Source of the DNA: an uncultured Gammaproteobacteria bacterium
Lineage (GTDB): Bacteria; Patescibacteriota; Microgenomatia; Levybacterales; UBA12049
Length of the DNA stretch: 64,000 nt
Assembly: GCA_964512695.1 (NCBI GenBank)
Contig: CAZEJU010000002.1
Location: 76,233-140,232, forward strand
Direction: 5' to 3'
Both the position numbers and the translations under genes were made by a program. Below, in pieces: positions 42,620 through 53,014 of this stretch. The first letter of the stretch is position 1. Each line of letters starts with the position of its first letter. Below the pieces are notes generated by a model that was not told the origin of the DNA, did not search any database, and saw only the letters and a list, made by a program, of their open reading frames with translations.

Positions 42620-43951
42620 ACTTTTTGTTTGTAGTAATTGTGAAATAGTTATCCAGAGTTGTTCCACACCATCAGGCGAGGTTTCTCTCGTTTCTAGCTT
42701 TCTTTTATAATGTATCATCTTTGTAAACAATCCTTGGCTTTGACACCATACTATAAATGCTGCTGCTTGTTTGGGATTATCAGGCAGGCGGAGTGCCCGC
42801 CAGTTATGAGCTTCTTTTAATAGTTCAGTATTTCTAATAGGTTGTTTAGCTTCAGATAATTGCCAAAGTTTCTCATGTGTGTGTTTGCTTGGCATCATCC
42901 CATGATTTCGTAAGAAGTGAAGGTTATCGTACTCTTGTCTGCCAACTGGATGAGAGAAAAGAAGAATAGCTCCACCTCTTTGTGAAGGAGTAGCAAGTGC
43001 CTTAAACGCTTGTTCGCTTGGTTTCGTTACCTCAAGCGCGATGATGTTTTGTTTATATACTTGCTCGTAATTATCTACAGTTGTCCGATCATGGTTTGAT
43101 ATAGCAATTTTTATATACGGTAGATTTTTTATCTCATTTAAAAAATGTGTCGTATATGGAGCTTCCTTCGAAATTATATGAAACATGAAGGTATCTGAAG
43201 CACTGTGAAGTTCTTTTACTAATGCACTTATATGAGTTGTTCCTACAGCAGCTCCAGAGACTGGAATACATACATGGATAGTTTCTTTTTGTTGCAGTTG
43301 CACTTGACGTAGCCGTTTCTTAAATTCTGATTCCGTTAGTTTTTCTGTTAGAAGTGGACTAATAGGATACGCAATAACTTTAATAGGTACAAGGGGATAG
43401 TTCATGCTTTTAGCATAGGCAAGTAGATTTTCTTTTGTATATTCACTTGGAACGAAAATCGTATCCGCTTCTTCTACATACCATATTGTTTGTGGGCTAT
43501 CATCTGTTACTTGGACTACGAGAATAACATTCATACCTGTCTCTTCTTTAAGCTTTTGTTTGAGTTGGCCTAACTGGTGCGCTAGTGCAGTGTGTGTTGC
43601 TATGAGAAGAAGCGTTTTGGGAACTGTTAATCGTTCGCCCAGAATGGTGATTAGTTGCTGGTAAAGAAGTTTTACATGGGATCGTAAATATATTCTACTA
43701 ACACCCGTAAATACGTGTTCAAGTGGTCCGTTTTGTAACCATTCCATTATTGATCGGGTGAGTGGATGAATACTGACAAAACGGTAAAGATTGCTTATTG
43801 ATGGATCTTGCGCGCCGAGTAGCACATGTGGAACTGTATCAGGTAAGCCATGGTAGAGGGCATCTGTAACTCGCAGATGACCAAGCCCTGTAGGAGAAGT
43901 AGCAAATACAATCATTAGCTCTTTATTCTCAAGCGTAGGATAGGAGTCCAT
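42611..43951 (-). CDS. GT-B glycosyltransferase, MGDG-synthase/UgtP/MurG-like (GT28)
   Basis: N-terminal '[20 protein letters not shown]' resembles the MGDG_synth motif. This is a tentative call. Confidence 0.4.
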   Translation of the reverse strand: MDSYPTLENKELMIVFATSPTGLGHLRVTDALYHGLPDTVPHVLLGAQDPSISNLYRFVSIHPLTRSIMEWLQNGPLEHVFTGVSRIYLRSHVKLLYQQLITILGERLTVPKTLLLIATHTALAHQLGQLKQKLKEETGMNVILVVQVTDDSPQTIWYVEEADTIFVPSEYTKENLLAYAKSMNYPLVPIKVIAYPISPLLTEKLTESEFKKRLRQVQLQQKETIHVCIPVSGAAVGTTHISALVKELHSASDTFMFHIISKEAPYTTHFLNEIKNLPYIKIAISNHDRTTVDNYEQVYKQNIIALEVTKPSEQAFKALATPSQRGGAILLFSHPVGRQEYDNLHFLRNHGMMPSKHTHEKLWQLSEAKQPIRNTELLKEAHNWRALRLPDNPKQAAAFIVWCQSQGLFTKMIHYKRKLETRETSPDGVEQLWITISQLLQTKSLA

Positions 43952-44114
43952 GTTTTTAGTCTAAAGAAGAATATACGGGGAAATCAAGAAGGAATGAATT
44001 AACAGGAGTAAGAATTTGTTACGTGTAAAGACTCATCGAAAAACTGACTATATCGCTGTGAAGGGGATTTCGTAAACGGAGCTTAAGTATGTCGAATTTT
44101 TTCATGGCATTATT

Positions 44115-44552
44115 CTATATCCAATTTGATTCAGAAAAAATTATGTTTTTTTTGTAGCTTTTTATCGCATCTTTTACATAAGGGAGCATTTTATTAGGGA
44201 GATTATTAATGGGAAACCACTGCATATCATCACATTTATCAGGTTCTGTGATATGCGGCTCTCCTTTCCATGTATCTGCAAGAAGGAAAAAGTCTATATA
44301 TTCGACATCGGACATTCTATGCATCACATGGACAACACGTACATTTTTCTTTTTAATAGTTATCCCGGCTTCTTCTCTCGCTTCCCGTATCATAGCTTGC
44401 GTTACCGTTTCATTTCCATCTAAGTGTCCAGCAATGAGACTGTAGTATCCATCTTTCCATCCGGTATTATATCGACGGATGAAGAGAACATTTTCCTCTT
44501 TAATAAGTAGTAAGTATACTGCAACTCGTAGTGTATGACGAGGCTCGCCCAT
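44115..44552 (-). CDS. Nudix hydrolase
   Basis: Nudix box 'GHLDGNETVTQAMIREAREEAGI'. Confidence 0.75.
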   Translation of the reverse strand: MGEPRHTLRVAVYLLLIKEENVLFIRRYNTGWKDGYYSLIAGHLDGNETVTQAMIREAREEAGITIKKKNVRVVHVMHRMSDVEYIDFFLLADTWKGEPHITEPDKCDDMQWFPINNLPNKMLPYVKDAIKSYKKNIIFSESNWI

Positions 44553-44680
44553 AATTTTTGTTATTATATCAGGTTAGTATCTGTGTCTTGAGCTGTAACA
44601 ACCTACATGCTAAAATACGGAGACAAAATATTCCCCTGTAGTCCGCCAGCTGGCGGACAGGAAGCTGTATAGGAGAGAAT

Positions 44681-44934
44681 ATGTGGACTGTATACGTCTT
44701 ATACAATCAGGCAAATCAAAAGATATATATTGGCGTAAGCGCTAATATCGAACAAAGATTAAAGGAGCATAATGTAAAAATAGCAAATCATTATACGATA
44801 CGGCTAAATTTTAAGGGATTTGGGTGTTAATATATAAAGAAGAAATTAATAATAAAAAAGACGCTTTGGTACGAGAAAAGCAACTTAAAAGTTTTAGAGG
44901 TAGAGAATTTATTAAAAAATACATTCCCCTGTAG
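44681..44934 (+). pseudogene. GIY-YIG (UPF0213) nuclease gene interrupted by a +1/-1 frameshift near 44825-44832, ending inside the tRNA
   Basis: Frame A reads 'MWTVYVLYNQANQKIYIGVSANIEQRLKEHN...'. Frame B reads '...IYKEEINNKKDALVREKQLKSFRGREFIKKYIPL*'. Together they reconstitute a typical about 85-aa GIY-YIG protein. Confidence 0.5.
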
Positions 44935-44996
44935 CTCAACGGTAGAGCAGGAAGCTGTTAACTTCAAGGTTCGTGGTTCGAATCCACGCGGGGGAG
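44925..44996 (+). tRNA. tRNA-Asn (anticodon GTT)
   Basis: Hand-folded cloverleaf. Acceptor TCCCCTG/CGGGGGA, D-arm GCTC-AACGGTA-GAGC, anticodon loop CTGTTAA, T-arm CGTGG-TTCGAAT-CCACG. The 5' end resembles E. coli tRNA-Asn. Confidence 0.75.
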
Positions 44997-46565
44997 CAAG
45001 TTCGTTCTTAATATAACTGCCTGTTGGTCAATTAACTCCTGGACAAGCGGAGAATAGACCGTATTAGCAATCTTTTTGTCGTGTACCTCCAGCTTCTCAA
45101 AGAAAAACCGGAGATAACTTTTTTTCAGAAAATCAGGTGCTTCTTTGTACGCTTTCGGAATATCACGGGTCAGTGCGAGTACTTCTTCCAATAAGTCGAA
45201 ATCAAATTTCCTGCTACTTTCAAGTTTTGCTAGTTCCTTATCTACATTCTTAATTTTTTCCTCAACCTCATCACGCAGTCGGCGATTAGCTTCTCTATTG
45301 AACAAAGCATTTGAAAACACGTCCTCCTCAAGAATTCTTCTCCTCCTTATCAGTCCCGCTCTTTCATTCAAATATCCTTTTCGGACTTTTGACTCCTCCT
45401 TATCTCTGTCATTCAGATACCTTCTCACTTTCGCAGTAAGTGCATCAGTGAAACCTTTTGTGAACTTAATACCTCTGAAATGACTGGCAACTTTGTTTTC
45501 AAGGTCGTCTGCCTCCACATAAGGAGCTTTGCAGGGCTTTCTTTTCTGACAATGATAGTAATGTACTGTATCCCTTTTTTTCGAATGAGCAGGGTGCGGT
45601 TCGGCGGTATATCTGAGACCGCAGTCAGCACAGAAAATAATGCCTCTTAACAGATAGTCATACTTTCTTTCTCTTATGGCGAATCCTCTGTGTTTGGCCA
45701 GTATCACCTGACACAAGTCAAAAAGCGGTTTGGATATCAAGGGTTCATGATTACCCATTCGTTCTCTGTTGTTTGTCTCCTGTTTCATCAGACCGTAATA
45801 GAAAGGATTAGTAAGAATCTGCTGAATAGTGCTGTGAGCTAAGGGTTTTCCGTTGACTGTCGTCAGTCCTTTGGTATACATGAACAGCCCGAGCCTTTTT
45901 ACTGAGTACTTGCCTGTAGCGAATCTTTTGAATACTTCTTTCATGAGTGGTCCGTGAATCGGGTCAACTTCAATGGGTAAGGGTTTTCTCGGAAGGGAAT
46001 CTATGTATTGCTGTCTCTCTGGCGTGCGTTTCTTACCCGCGATTCTACCTTCCTTGTCGATATTCAGATATCCGTAAGTTACACCAGTCGGATACCAGCC
46101 GTTATTCCATCTGGTATCTAAGCCTCGCTTTGTCTTTCTGCCTAAGTCCCGTGAGTAGAATTCATTAATTCCCGCCATGAAAGTGTCCAACAATCTTCCT
46201 TCCGGGCTTTCATCCAACATCGGCTGAACAACGGAAATTAGCCTTGTTCCTGCTTTTTTGAGCTGTTCCTTGATAAGAAAATGGTCTGTGGCATTTCTGG
46301 CGAAACGGTCAGTGTTGTAGACAATTATGGCTCCTACTTTCCTGGTGTCAATTTGTTCAAGCATTTTCAGAAACTCGGGTCGATTGGAGACTGTGGCACT
46401 TTGTCCTTCGTCTTTGAATGTTTCCAATATTTCATACTCTAATTCGTGAGCTTTCTTGGTACATATATCTGTTTGAGCTTCAATGGAGTACCCTTCCTTG
46501 GCTTGTTCCTCCGTACTTACTCTGCAGTAGATGAAACATGTTTTCTGGTCGTTATTCATATTCAT
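44964..46565 (-). mobile_element. Large serine recombinase (integrase) whose last about 11 codons are encoded by the tRNA-Asn 3' half
   Basis: N-terminal resolvase domain 'CFIYCRVSTEEQAKEGYSIEAQ', a recombinase domain, a Cys-rich zinc ribbon 'CADCGLRY...HYYHCQKRKPC', and a coiled-coil. Codon usage is distinct. Confidence 0.75.
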
Positions 46566-46734
46566 AGTCCTATAGCATTATTATAAGCAATTCTGAAAAG
46601 CATTGAAACAAAGTTAAGATAATATACCGTTATTAGAAGATATGGGAAGGTGACTATATAGTTACTGTTAATAGAGTTACTATATAAGTTACATACCGTT
46701 ATTCCTTTGTTGAATATTTCTGTATTACTCATAA

Positions 46735-47082
46735 TCAGAACGGGATATCGTCAGGATTAACTTCTTCGTTGCTTTCTGATTTCTCCTTGTATGCCTCGAA
46801 GATTTTCTTCTCGATAGTTTTCCATAATTCCTCTTCGAAGTAGACTACCTTTGAATAGTTACCTTTCTTACTCCTGTAACAGGGCGGCTCAATCCATATC
46901 GGTTCTCCGAAGTCTTCATGAGGATAATCAGATTTTTTGACGGTGCAACCGCGGATAATTTGACCCGGAAGCTGTATTTCTGCCTGTGCTAACAGCCAGG
47001 CTTTCCTATAGAGTTTGACTTTGACAGTCACATTTTCGATGATGTACTTTCTGACCTGTTCTTCCGTAATATTCATGTTCAT
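46735..47082 (-). CDS. Island hypothetical protein, 115 aa
   Basis: Intact ORF with island-type composition. Confidence 0.35.
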   Translation of the reverse strand: MNMNITEEQVRKYIIENVTVKVKLYRKAWLLAQAEIQLPGQIIRGCTVKKSDYPHEDFGEPIWIEPPCYRSKKGNYSKVVYFEEELWKTIEKKIFEAYKEKSESNEEVNPDDIPF

Positions 47083-47100
47083 AATTAGGTTTGTTGTATT

Positions 47101-47352
47101 TCAATAAGACATTTTTTCTTTTTCCGACTCCGTAAATATGAAATTCTTCAATGTTCTTATCGCTTCAACAAAAGAGAGAGCGTCAACGGTAACTTTGCCG
47201 AGCCAATACTGAGAAACCATTTTTTCGCAGTCTGTATTATTTCTGAAGATGAACCAATAGCTTCTGCCTGATTTGTTGAGTCCTATGAACTCTTTTTTTT
47301 TGGCGTAGAGCATCGAGCTTATATAGAGGTCTTTTGTTAAGTAGTTTTCCAT
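47101..47352 (-). CDS. Island small hypothetical protein, 83 aa
   Basis: Intact ORF. Confidence 0.3.
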   Translation of the reverse strand: MENYLTKDLYISSMLYAKKKEFIGLNKSGRSYWFIFRNNTDCEKMVSQYWLGKVTVDALSFVEAIRTLKNFIFTESEKEKMSY

Positions 47353-47577
47353 AGTTTTTTCATTTTCATCTGTTTATTCTTCTTGTACTGGATAGTTGCT
47401 AGAGCTAAATCAAACCATTGTTCAACAGCTAGCCGGAAATAGTCGTCATTCTTGGGAGTCTGCAGCAATTGGCTTTTCTTAATTTTCATTAAGTCAATTG
47501 TCGGAAAATTAGAGGATTATTCGGAGGGCCCAGCTGGAGTAATTCGATTTGTCCCTCTGTATGAAGTAGAAGTATTC

Positions 47578-48549
47578 TTATTCGCTATCGGGATTTTTAT
47601 TATATCTTTTGAGAAGTTGCTTATATCTGTTGACTGATTTTTTGACTGCGGGTGTTGCTATATCGACATGACTGATTATTCTTTCAGCCTCTTCCTTTTG
47701 TTTCCTTAAATCCTGGTTGAGTGGAACTTTTCTGAGTCTCTTCGAATCCGACATTGCCTTCTTGTACTTATCAAGACCTTCTTCACCCGCAGCTATTAAT
47801 TTGTATCCCGTACCAGATTTATTTTGCCAGTATCTTTTTCTGTCACGAAAGATTTCATCTTTCGTAGATGAGGGAATAGTTCTGTCTACGCCCCAACCGC
47901 TATTTTGAGCCGGAAGTATTTCTTTCCTGTAGGCATTGACTACATCGTCCAAAGTTGCCTCCAGAGGTATGGACATATTGAAGTGTATGAAAAGCGTCGG
48001 CACTCCGTTCTTGTTTTTTTCAAACTCCTGTGAAACTTGTACTCCCGATAAGTCATCAACTGTCACTTTGTTGCATATAATTGCATGAGCCAGAACTCGT
48101 TCCATTCTTTCCGAAGTATGAAGTTGTCGTCTGAGATTGGTAAGCGTCTTTCCGAACTCGTCAGTTATTTTCATTTCCCTTTTTCTCTTTCCGAATGCAT
48201 AAGATATAAGTCTGTTATACAAACCGCTTTCCTTTTGTTGTACATGTTGCTTTGAGTCGGGTATGTCATACCAAATATCCTGAGAAAGAATATCGTATAA
48301 GCCTCCGAAGCGAAGAGAAAACCATAATTTTAATAAGTCAGTTGTATCAGTCTTGGATGCTAAAAAAGACTCAAAATATGATTTGCCTTCTTTGGAATGA
48401 GGACAGTTTCTCGAGGTATCAATATTAAATTGGTATCGTATCTTAAGTAGTATTTTCTGGAAGTCTTCTCTATCAACAGTCAGGGCAATTGCTGCGAACT
48501 TTCTTCTGTTCTTCTCATTTTCTTCAATATCAATATCTACCTTGTTCAT
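47578..48549 (-). CDS. Island hypothetical protein, 323 aa
   Basis: Intact ORF with no motif recognised. Confidence 0.4.
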   Translation of the reverse strand: MNKVDIDIEENEKNRRKFAAIALTVDREDFQKILLKIRYQFNIDTSRNCPHSKEGKSYFESFLASKTDTTDLLKLWFSLRFGGLYDILSQDIWYDIPDSKQHVQQKESGLYNRLISYAFGKRKREMKITDEFGKTLTNLRRQLHTSERMERVLAHAIICNKVTVDDLSGVQVSQEFEKNKNGVPTLFIHFNMSIPLEATLDDVVNAYRKEILPAQNSGWGVDRTIPSSTKDEIFRDRKRYWQNKSGTGYKLIAAGEEGLDKYKKAMSDSKRLRKVPLNQDLRKQKEEAERIISHVDIATPAVKKSVNRYKQLLKRYNKNPDSE

Positions 48550-48580
48550 ACATAATGTTCATATTCAGGCAGAGAATAAG

Positions 48581-49141
48581 TTATTCTATTTGACGGTTTT
48601 CGTCGACTGATTCTAATCTTTCGAATTCTTTGAGCATAATAGCAAGTTCTTCATAAGTCATGCGTTGTAAGGCTCGTCCGAATTGAGTGTTCATTACTGA
48701 AGATATCGACATCGCTGTAACTGTATTGACTGTGTTATTTATAAGTGGTCTCTGGTTGACTACTCCCACTGCTTCACGCTCTTCCTGGAGACCAATTTCT
48801 ACCAATCTTGTTGCCTGCGGTTCGGAAACATCCTTCGTATCTCGTTTTCTCATCGCTTCCAAACCCCTTGCCTGAAGGAAGCGGGCAACTTTGGCTTGTC
48901 TTTTCCTTACTTCAACCTCGCTATCGCTTACCCATTTGACCATTTTGTCTTCAGTTTCCTGTTCAAGCAGCCTTCGATATTCATCTCTTTCAGCTCTCCA
49001 TCCGGTCGTGATTCTGGTGACATTTCCGTTAATCTTGATTTCCTTGCTTTCAAGAAAGGCATTAACGGATTCAATGGTACCGTATTTGTATTCCTGTTTG
49101 AGTGTATTCCAGTCAAATTTAATCGGTGCGTCCATACGCAC
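48581..49141 (-). CDS. Island hypothetical protein, 186 aa, highly charged and coiled-coil-like
   Basis: Intact ORF. Confidence 0.35.
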   Translation of the reverse strand: MRMDAPIKFDWNTLKQEYKYGTIESVNAFLESKEIKINGNVTRITTGWRAERDEYRRLLEQETEDKMVKWVSDSEVEVRKRQAKVARFLQARGLEAMRKRDTKDVSEPQATRLVEIGLQEEREAVGVVNQRPLINNTVNTVTAMSISSVMNTQFGRALQRMTYEELAIMLKEFERLESVDENRQIE

Positions 49142-49207
49142 TCACATTATACCTGAAACAGACCAATAAGAGGCAATGAATAGACGTTTCTTACATGCGT
49201 ACAATCT

Positions 49208-50014
49208 TCAATAATTTTGAGTCCATTTGGTCAGCAGACCGTTCTTGAAGTAGAGGAATAACTTTTGTCCGTTACTTCCGTAGTATGACCAACTTTCAGT
49301 TTCATCAGGAACTAAGAAACCAGATTCTGTTGTCTTTGACTTGTCGTCCGGAATACCCAAAGAATAATTGGCTTCAAATTGATTCATGTTCTGCCAATAG
49401 CGTTGATTGACAATATCTTCTATATGGTCTGCGTATCCTGCGAAAGTCAGGGCCGTTATAGCTTTGACACAATCCTGGGATGTGAGATTCTCTCCCTGTT
49501 TTGTTGTTTCTGGTTTCAGTTCCGCTTTTCCGTCTGCTCCGTCACTTAATTCAAGAACCGTATAGAGTCTTGTAGTGTTTCTGCGTTCATTGCAATAAGC
49601 CTCAGCCATGTCACCTGCCTTTTTGACATTAGCAGCCGTTTCTTTGACGGTTGTAGCGTCTTGCATGGCATTTTTTGATTCAGACTCCTGCTTCGTTTGT
49701 TCTGTCTGAGCTATGGGAGTGGGAGAAGCTGTCTGATTAGAAATTTTCGTACCGACGGTCTTGGCGGAAGGTGGCAGTGTTTCAAAACTGAATATCAATA
49801 CTGCGACAAACAATATAACTCTTATCAAGCCAGGGACTTTGAATGACACACGCTTGTTTATGATTTTCCAGAAAGGAGGGAAGATAATCAGGCCGGAAAA
49901 AATCATCAATAAGGCAGACTTCGGGTAGGCAAAAGTCAGAAGCAGGCCAACAATAAGAATAAGTATCGAAAGCGGCCAAATTATAAGTTTCAGTATTCGT
50001 TCCATACCGTACAT
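49208..50014 (-). CDS. Island membrane protein (two N-terminal TMs plus an extracytoplasmic domain)
   Basis: 'IIWPLSILILIVGLLLTF' and 'LMIFSGLIIFPPF'. Confidence 0.4.
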   Translation of the reverse strand: MYGMERILKLIIWPLSILILIVGLLLTFAYPKSALLMIFSGLIIFPPFWKIINKRVSFKVPGLIRVILFVAVLIFSFETLPPSAKTVGTKISNQTASPTPIAQTEQTKQESESKNAMQDATTVKETAANVKKAGDMAEAYCNERRNTTRLYTVLELSDGADGKAELKPETTKQGENLTSQDCVKAITALTFAGYADHIEDIVNQRYWQNMNQFEANYSLGIPDDKSKTTESGFLVPDETESWSYYGSNGQKLFLYFKNGLLTKWTQNY

Positions 50015-50111
50015 ACATGCGTTATTTTCAGCCTCAAAGCTGTCTGAATCTTAACACATTGTGACTGTGAGTCGCAAGACTCCCAGTCACATTCTTAGTA
50101 CATTTTGGAGT

Positions 50112-50366
50112 ATGGGACGAACTAATAAGTCATTTCCCGTAGACCAAAAAGACAAGGCGGTGTTACAGAAAAAGTTCGGTAAGAGACTCGCTGAAATAAG
50201 AACTGAGAAAGGGATCACTCAGGAAGGGTTGTCGTTTGAAACAGGGGTCGACAGGACGTATATTAGCTATATTGAGCGGGGTGAGCGAAATCCATCACTC
50301 TTCATGCTTTGGAGACTTTCAAAAGCTCTTAAGATCAGGATTAACGAGCTGACGGATTTTCAGTAA
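50112..50366 (+). CDS. XRE-family helix-turn-helix regulator, a possible controller protein
   Basis: 'LAEIRTEKGITQEGLSFETGVDRTYISYIERGERNPSL'. Confidence 0.65.
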   Translation: MGRTNKSFPVDQKDKAVLQKKFGKRLAEIRTEKGITQEGLSFETGVDRTYISYIERGERNPSLFMLWRLSKALKIRINELTDFQ

Positions 50367-50448
50367 CATTCTTCCTTAATTTCATCTTTGTCAGAAGTGT
50401 GTCCTTCTTACGGTATAATTGAGACCGGTAAGGAGTGGAGTTACTCGC

Positions 50449-50868
50449 ATGGATGTTCATACAAAAGAACAAAGAAGCTATAACATGTCACGGGTGAAGT
50501 CGAAAAATACTAAGCCTGAATTATTAATGTTTTTGTTACTCGAAGAGGCCGGATATAAGTTTGAAAAACATTATCCGATTACGGGTAAGCCCGATATCGC
50601 ATTTCCCGAACACAAGGTTGCCGTGTTCATTGATGGAGAATTCTGGCATGGTAAGGATTACAAGCAGATAAGAGATTCCATTCCGCCTTTTTGGGTCAAA
50701 AAAATAGGAGAAAATCTTAAACGGGACGGGAGAAATATGAGAAAGCTAAGAAGTGAAGGCTGGCGTATTCTGCACTTTTGGGATAAGAAAGTGGTCAAAT
50801 ATCCTGAGAGGTCACTCCGAAGAATTACGCGGTTTCTTGAGCGTGTAAGAATCTCTGACGGAAAGTAG
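50449..50868 (+). CDS. vsr: Very-short-patch repair endonuclease
   Basis: 'MDVHTKEQRSYNMSRVKSKNTKPE' and 'VAVFIDGEFWHG'. Confidence 0.8.
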   Translation: MDVHTKEQRSYNMSRVKSKNTKPELLMFLLLEEAGYKFEKHYPITGKPDIAFPEHKVAVFIDGEFWHGKDYKQIRDSIPPFWVKKIGENLKRDGRNMRKLRSEGWRILHFWDKKVVKYPERSLRRITRFLERVRISDGK

Positions 50869-51955
50869 GAACAAGTTTCTTTGTCGTTTTCAATTCATTC
50901 ATCGATTTAAGAAGAGCATCGGCGGCTCTTTTTGCAAGCAAAGGCGGAACTGCGTTTCCTATCTGTTCGGCAATCTGGCCAAAATTGCCTATGAATTTGA
51001 AATCATCAGGAAAAGTCTGAAGTCGTGCAGCTTCACGAAGAGATATTGCTCTGTTTTGTTCCGGGTGTCCGAATCTTCCCTTTGAAATCATCGCACAACC
51101 TCCTGTCATTGTAGGTGATGGTTGGTCCCACCTCATTCTTCCGTATACGTCTTTGTGTCCCTTTGTATTTCGGTGACATTCGAGGACTAACTCATCAGGC
51201 CATGAAGTTCTGTCTCCACCATCGTGAGGGGTCAACATGAGTCTTTTCAGATTGATTTCGGCGAGACTGGCGGAAGCATGCATGGCGTCATCCGGGTGTT
51301 TCTCGCCAGCCTGAATTTTGGGCAAGTCGTTGATGGCTTCTCTTACCGTATTCCAAGCTGGTAAATCATCAGAAGTTGCCGGGTCAATGTTGGTCTTAGA
51401 AGGAAAAGATAGCCTGATATCCGAATTATTAGTGCCCATAAGGACGAGCCTCTTTCTTCTCTGAGGAACGCCGTAATCGGCCGTATTCACAACGTCGTAG
51501 ACTGTCTGATACCCCAGCTCATGAAGTTTCTGCAGTATTTGAAGAAAGAGAGGTTTCCCGATTCCCGTCGCAAGCCCCGGAACGTTTTCAAGAACGAAAG
51601 CAAGCGGCTTAATTTCTTCAACAATTCTCAGGAATTCATATATCAGTTTGTTTCTCGGGTCTGTTAATCTTTGTGAGTTTCTCCTGGCACTCGAAAACCC
51701 CTGACAGGGAGGACAAGCGATGAGAACCACCTGTTTTCCGTTTTTGAATCCTCCCGCTTTCAACAGCTCCTTACCTGACAGATAAGAGATGTCTGACGGG
51801 AATACGGCACAGTCGGGAAAGTTTGCCTTGAATGATTCGGATGCGTTTTTGTCGATATCAACGGCAACTTTGATATCAAAACCAGCTTGCTGAAAGCCTA
51901 ACGCCGAACCTCCGCAACCGGAAAAAAGGTCAATTACACCCAAGTTTCCCTTCAT
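50825..51955 (-). CDS. dcm: DNA (cytosine-5)-methyltransferase
   Basis: Motif I 'DLFSGCGGSALGF', motif IV 'PPCQGFS', motif VI 'ENV'. It is convergent with vsr and overlaps it by 44 nt. Confidence 0.85.
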   Translation of the reverse strand: MKGNLGVIDLFSGCGGSALGFQQAGFDIKVAVDIDKNASESFKANFPDCAVFPSDISYLSGKELLKAGGFKNGKQVVLIACPPCQGFSSARRNSQRLTDPRNKLIYEFLRIVEEIKPLAFVLENVPGLATGIGKPLFLQILQKLHELGYQTVYDVVNTADYGVPQRRKRLVLMGTNNSDIRLSFPSKTNIDPATSDDLPAWNTVREAINDLPKIQAGEKHPDDAMHASASLAEINLKRLMLTPHDGGDRTSWPDELVLECHRNTKGHKDVYGRMRWDQPSPTMTGGCAMISKGRFGHPEQNRAISLREAARLQTFPDDFKFIGNFGQIAEQIGNAVPPLLAKRAADALLKSMNELKTTKKLVPTFRQRFLHAQETA

Positions 51956-52112
51956 GATAATAATATATCATTTTTCGCCCGGTCGCTGTCGGGGTTTTTT
52001 GAAGAGTGTATATACTCATTCATTCCGTGTTATATATTTTATAAGTGTTGACTACAGAATGAAAATATAGTATCCTTTGTTCCAGCAAATCGGTCTAAAT
52101 ACTGAAATTAAT

Positions 52113-52340
52113 ATGAAAACAGGCGAAACAAAAGGTGCGGCTTTCAAAAGGCTCGCTTCCAACAGAACGAATAACGCAATCAGGAACATCAAACTTCTGG
52201 GTAATTTGTCCAACAAACATAATTACTCCTACTCCGAAGAGGACTTCAAACGAATTTTCAACAGCGTCGAACATGAACTTAAACTGGCAAAATCGAAATT
52301 TCTTATCTCGCTGAGTAAGAGTAAGAAATTCAAACTCTGA
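52113..52340 (+). CDS. Small basic hypothetical protein, first gene of the candidate operon
   Basis: ATG at 52113. The track's 52077 start is a TTG. Confidence 0.35.
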   Translation: MKTGETKGAAFKRLASNRTNNAIRNIKLLGNLSNKHNYSYSEEDFKRIFNSVEHELKLAKSKFLISLSKSKKFKL

Positions 52341-52363
52341 AAAGTGGATAATTAATTATTAAA

Positions 52364-53014
52364 ATGAAAATGAAAAAAGATATAACATCACTGAAGCTCA
52401 CAAGACCACAGAAGATTCTCGTAACACTGTATCAACTTTCCGACGGTACTAATAAACAGGTCAGGTTCGAAGATATAGCAGTAGGCGTTTATAAGAACTT
52501 CACTTCCGATTTTCAGCTAAGAGGTTATCCTCAATACCCTGATACGGGTGATATTGTACATAAACCGCTGTATAGCGAATTGAAAAAAGGCGGATATGTA
52601 TTATCCGGCAATAAGTACTTTTCCCTTACTCCGAAAGGAATTGCGTACGCCAAAAGACTGCTCCGCGTTTCAGAGAAAGAAACCGAACCGGGTAAAACCG
52701 CTTCAGTGAAACTTACGGCAGACCAGCAGAAAGAGCTTGACAGATTGAAATCTTCAAAGGCTGTTGAGTTGTTTCTTAACGGCAAGAAAGAGGATATTCT
52801 TGATATAGACTTCTATTCCTATCTGGAAGTTACAGTGAGGACGGGTAAGAATGACTTTCTGGGAAGACTTCGCACGGTAGAAGACGCCATTAATGCTACA
52901 AAAAACAGAAGTGACACGCTGTACAAAAAGCTGAGAGAATGTCACGAGTATCTTCTTGAAAGATTCAGAGGAAACATTGATTTCGTAAGGAACAGCAAAG
53001 GAGGTAAGAGGTAA
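52364..53014 (+). CDS. Putative winged-helix DNA-binding protein, 216 aa
   Basis: 'RPQKILVTLYQLSDGTNKQVRFEDIAV...GGYVLSGNKYFSLTPKGIAYAKRL' is PadR/MarR-like. Its stop overlaps the next start. Confidence 0.4.
   Translation: MKMKKDITSLKLTRPQKILVTLYQLSDGTNKQVRFEDIAVGVYKNFTSDFQLRGYPQYPDTGDIVHKPLYSELKKGGYVLSGNKYFSLTPKGIAYAKRLLRVSEKETEPGKTASVKLTADQQKELDRLKSSKAVELFLNGKKEDILDIDFYSYLEVTVRTGKNDFLGRLRTVEDAINATKNRSDTLYKKLRECHEYLLERFRGNIDFVRNSKGGKR

Noticed and set aside
51985-52010. Hairpin-like cccg...cggg followed by TTTTTT in the dcm upstream region
   Set aside because: The stem is only about 4 bp. On the + strand there is nothing co-directional to terminate.
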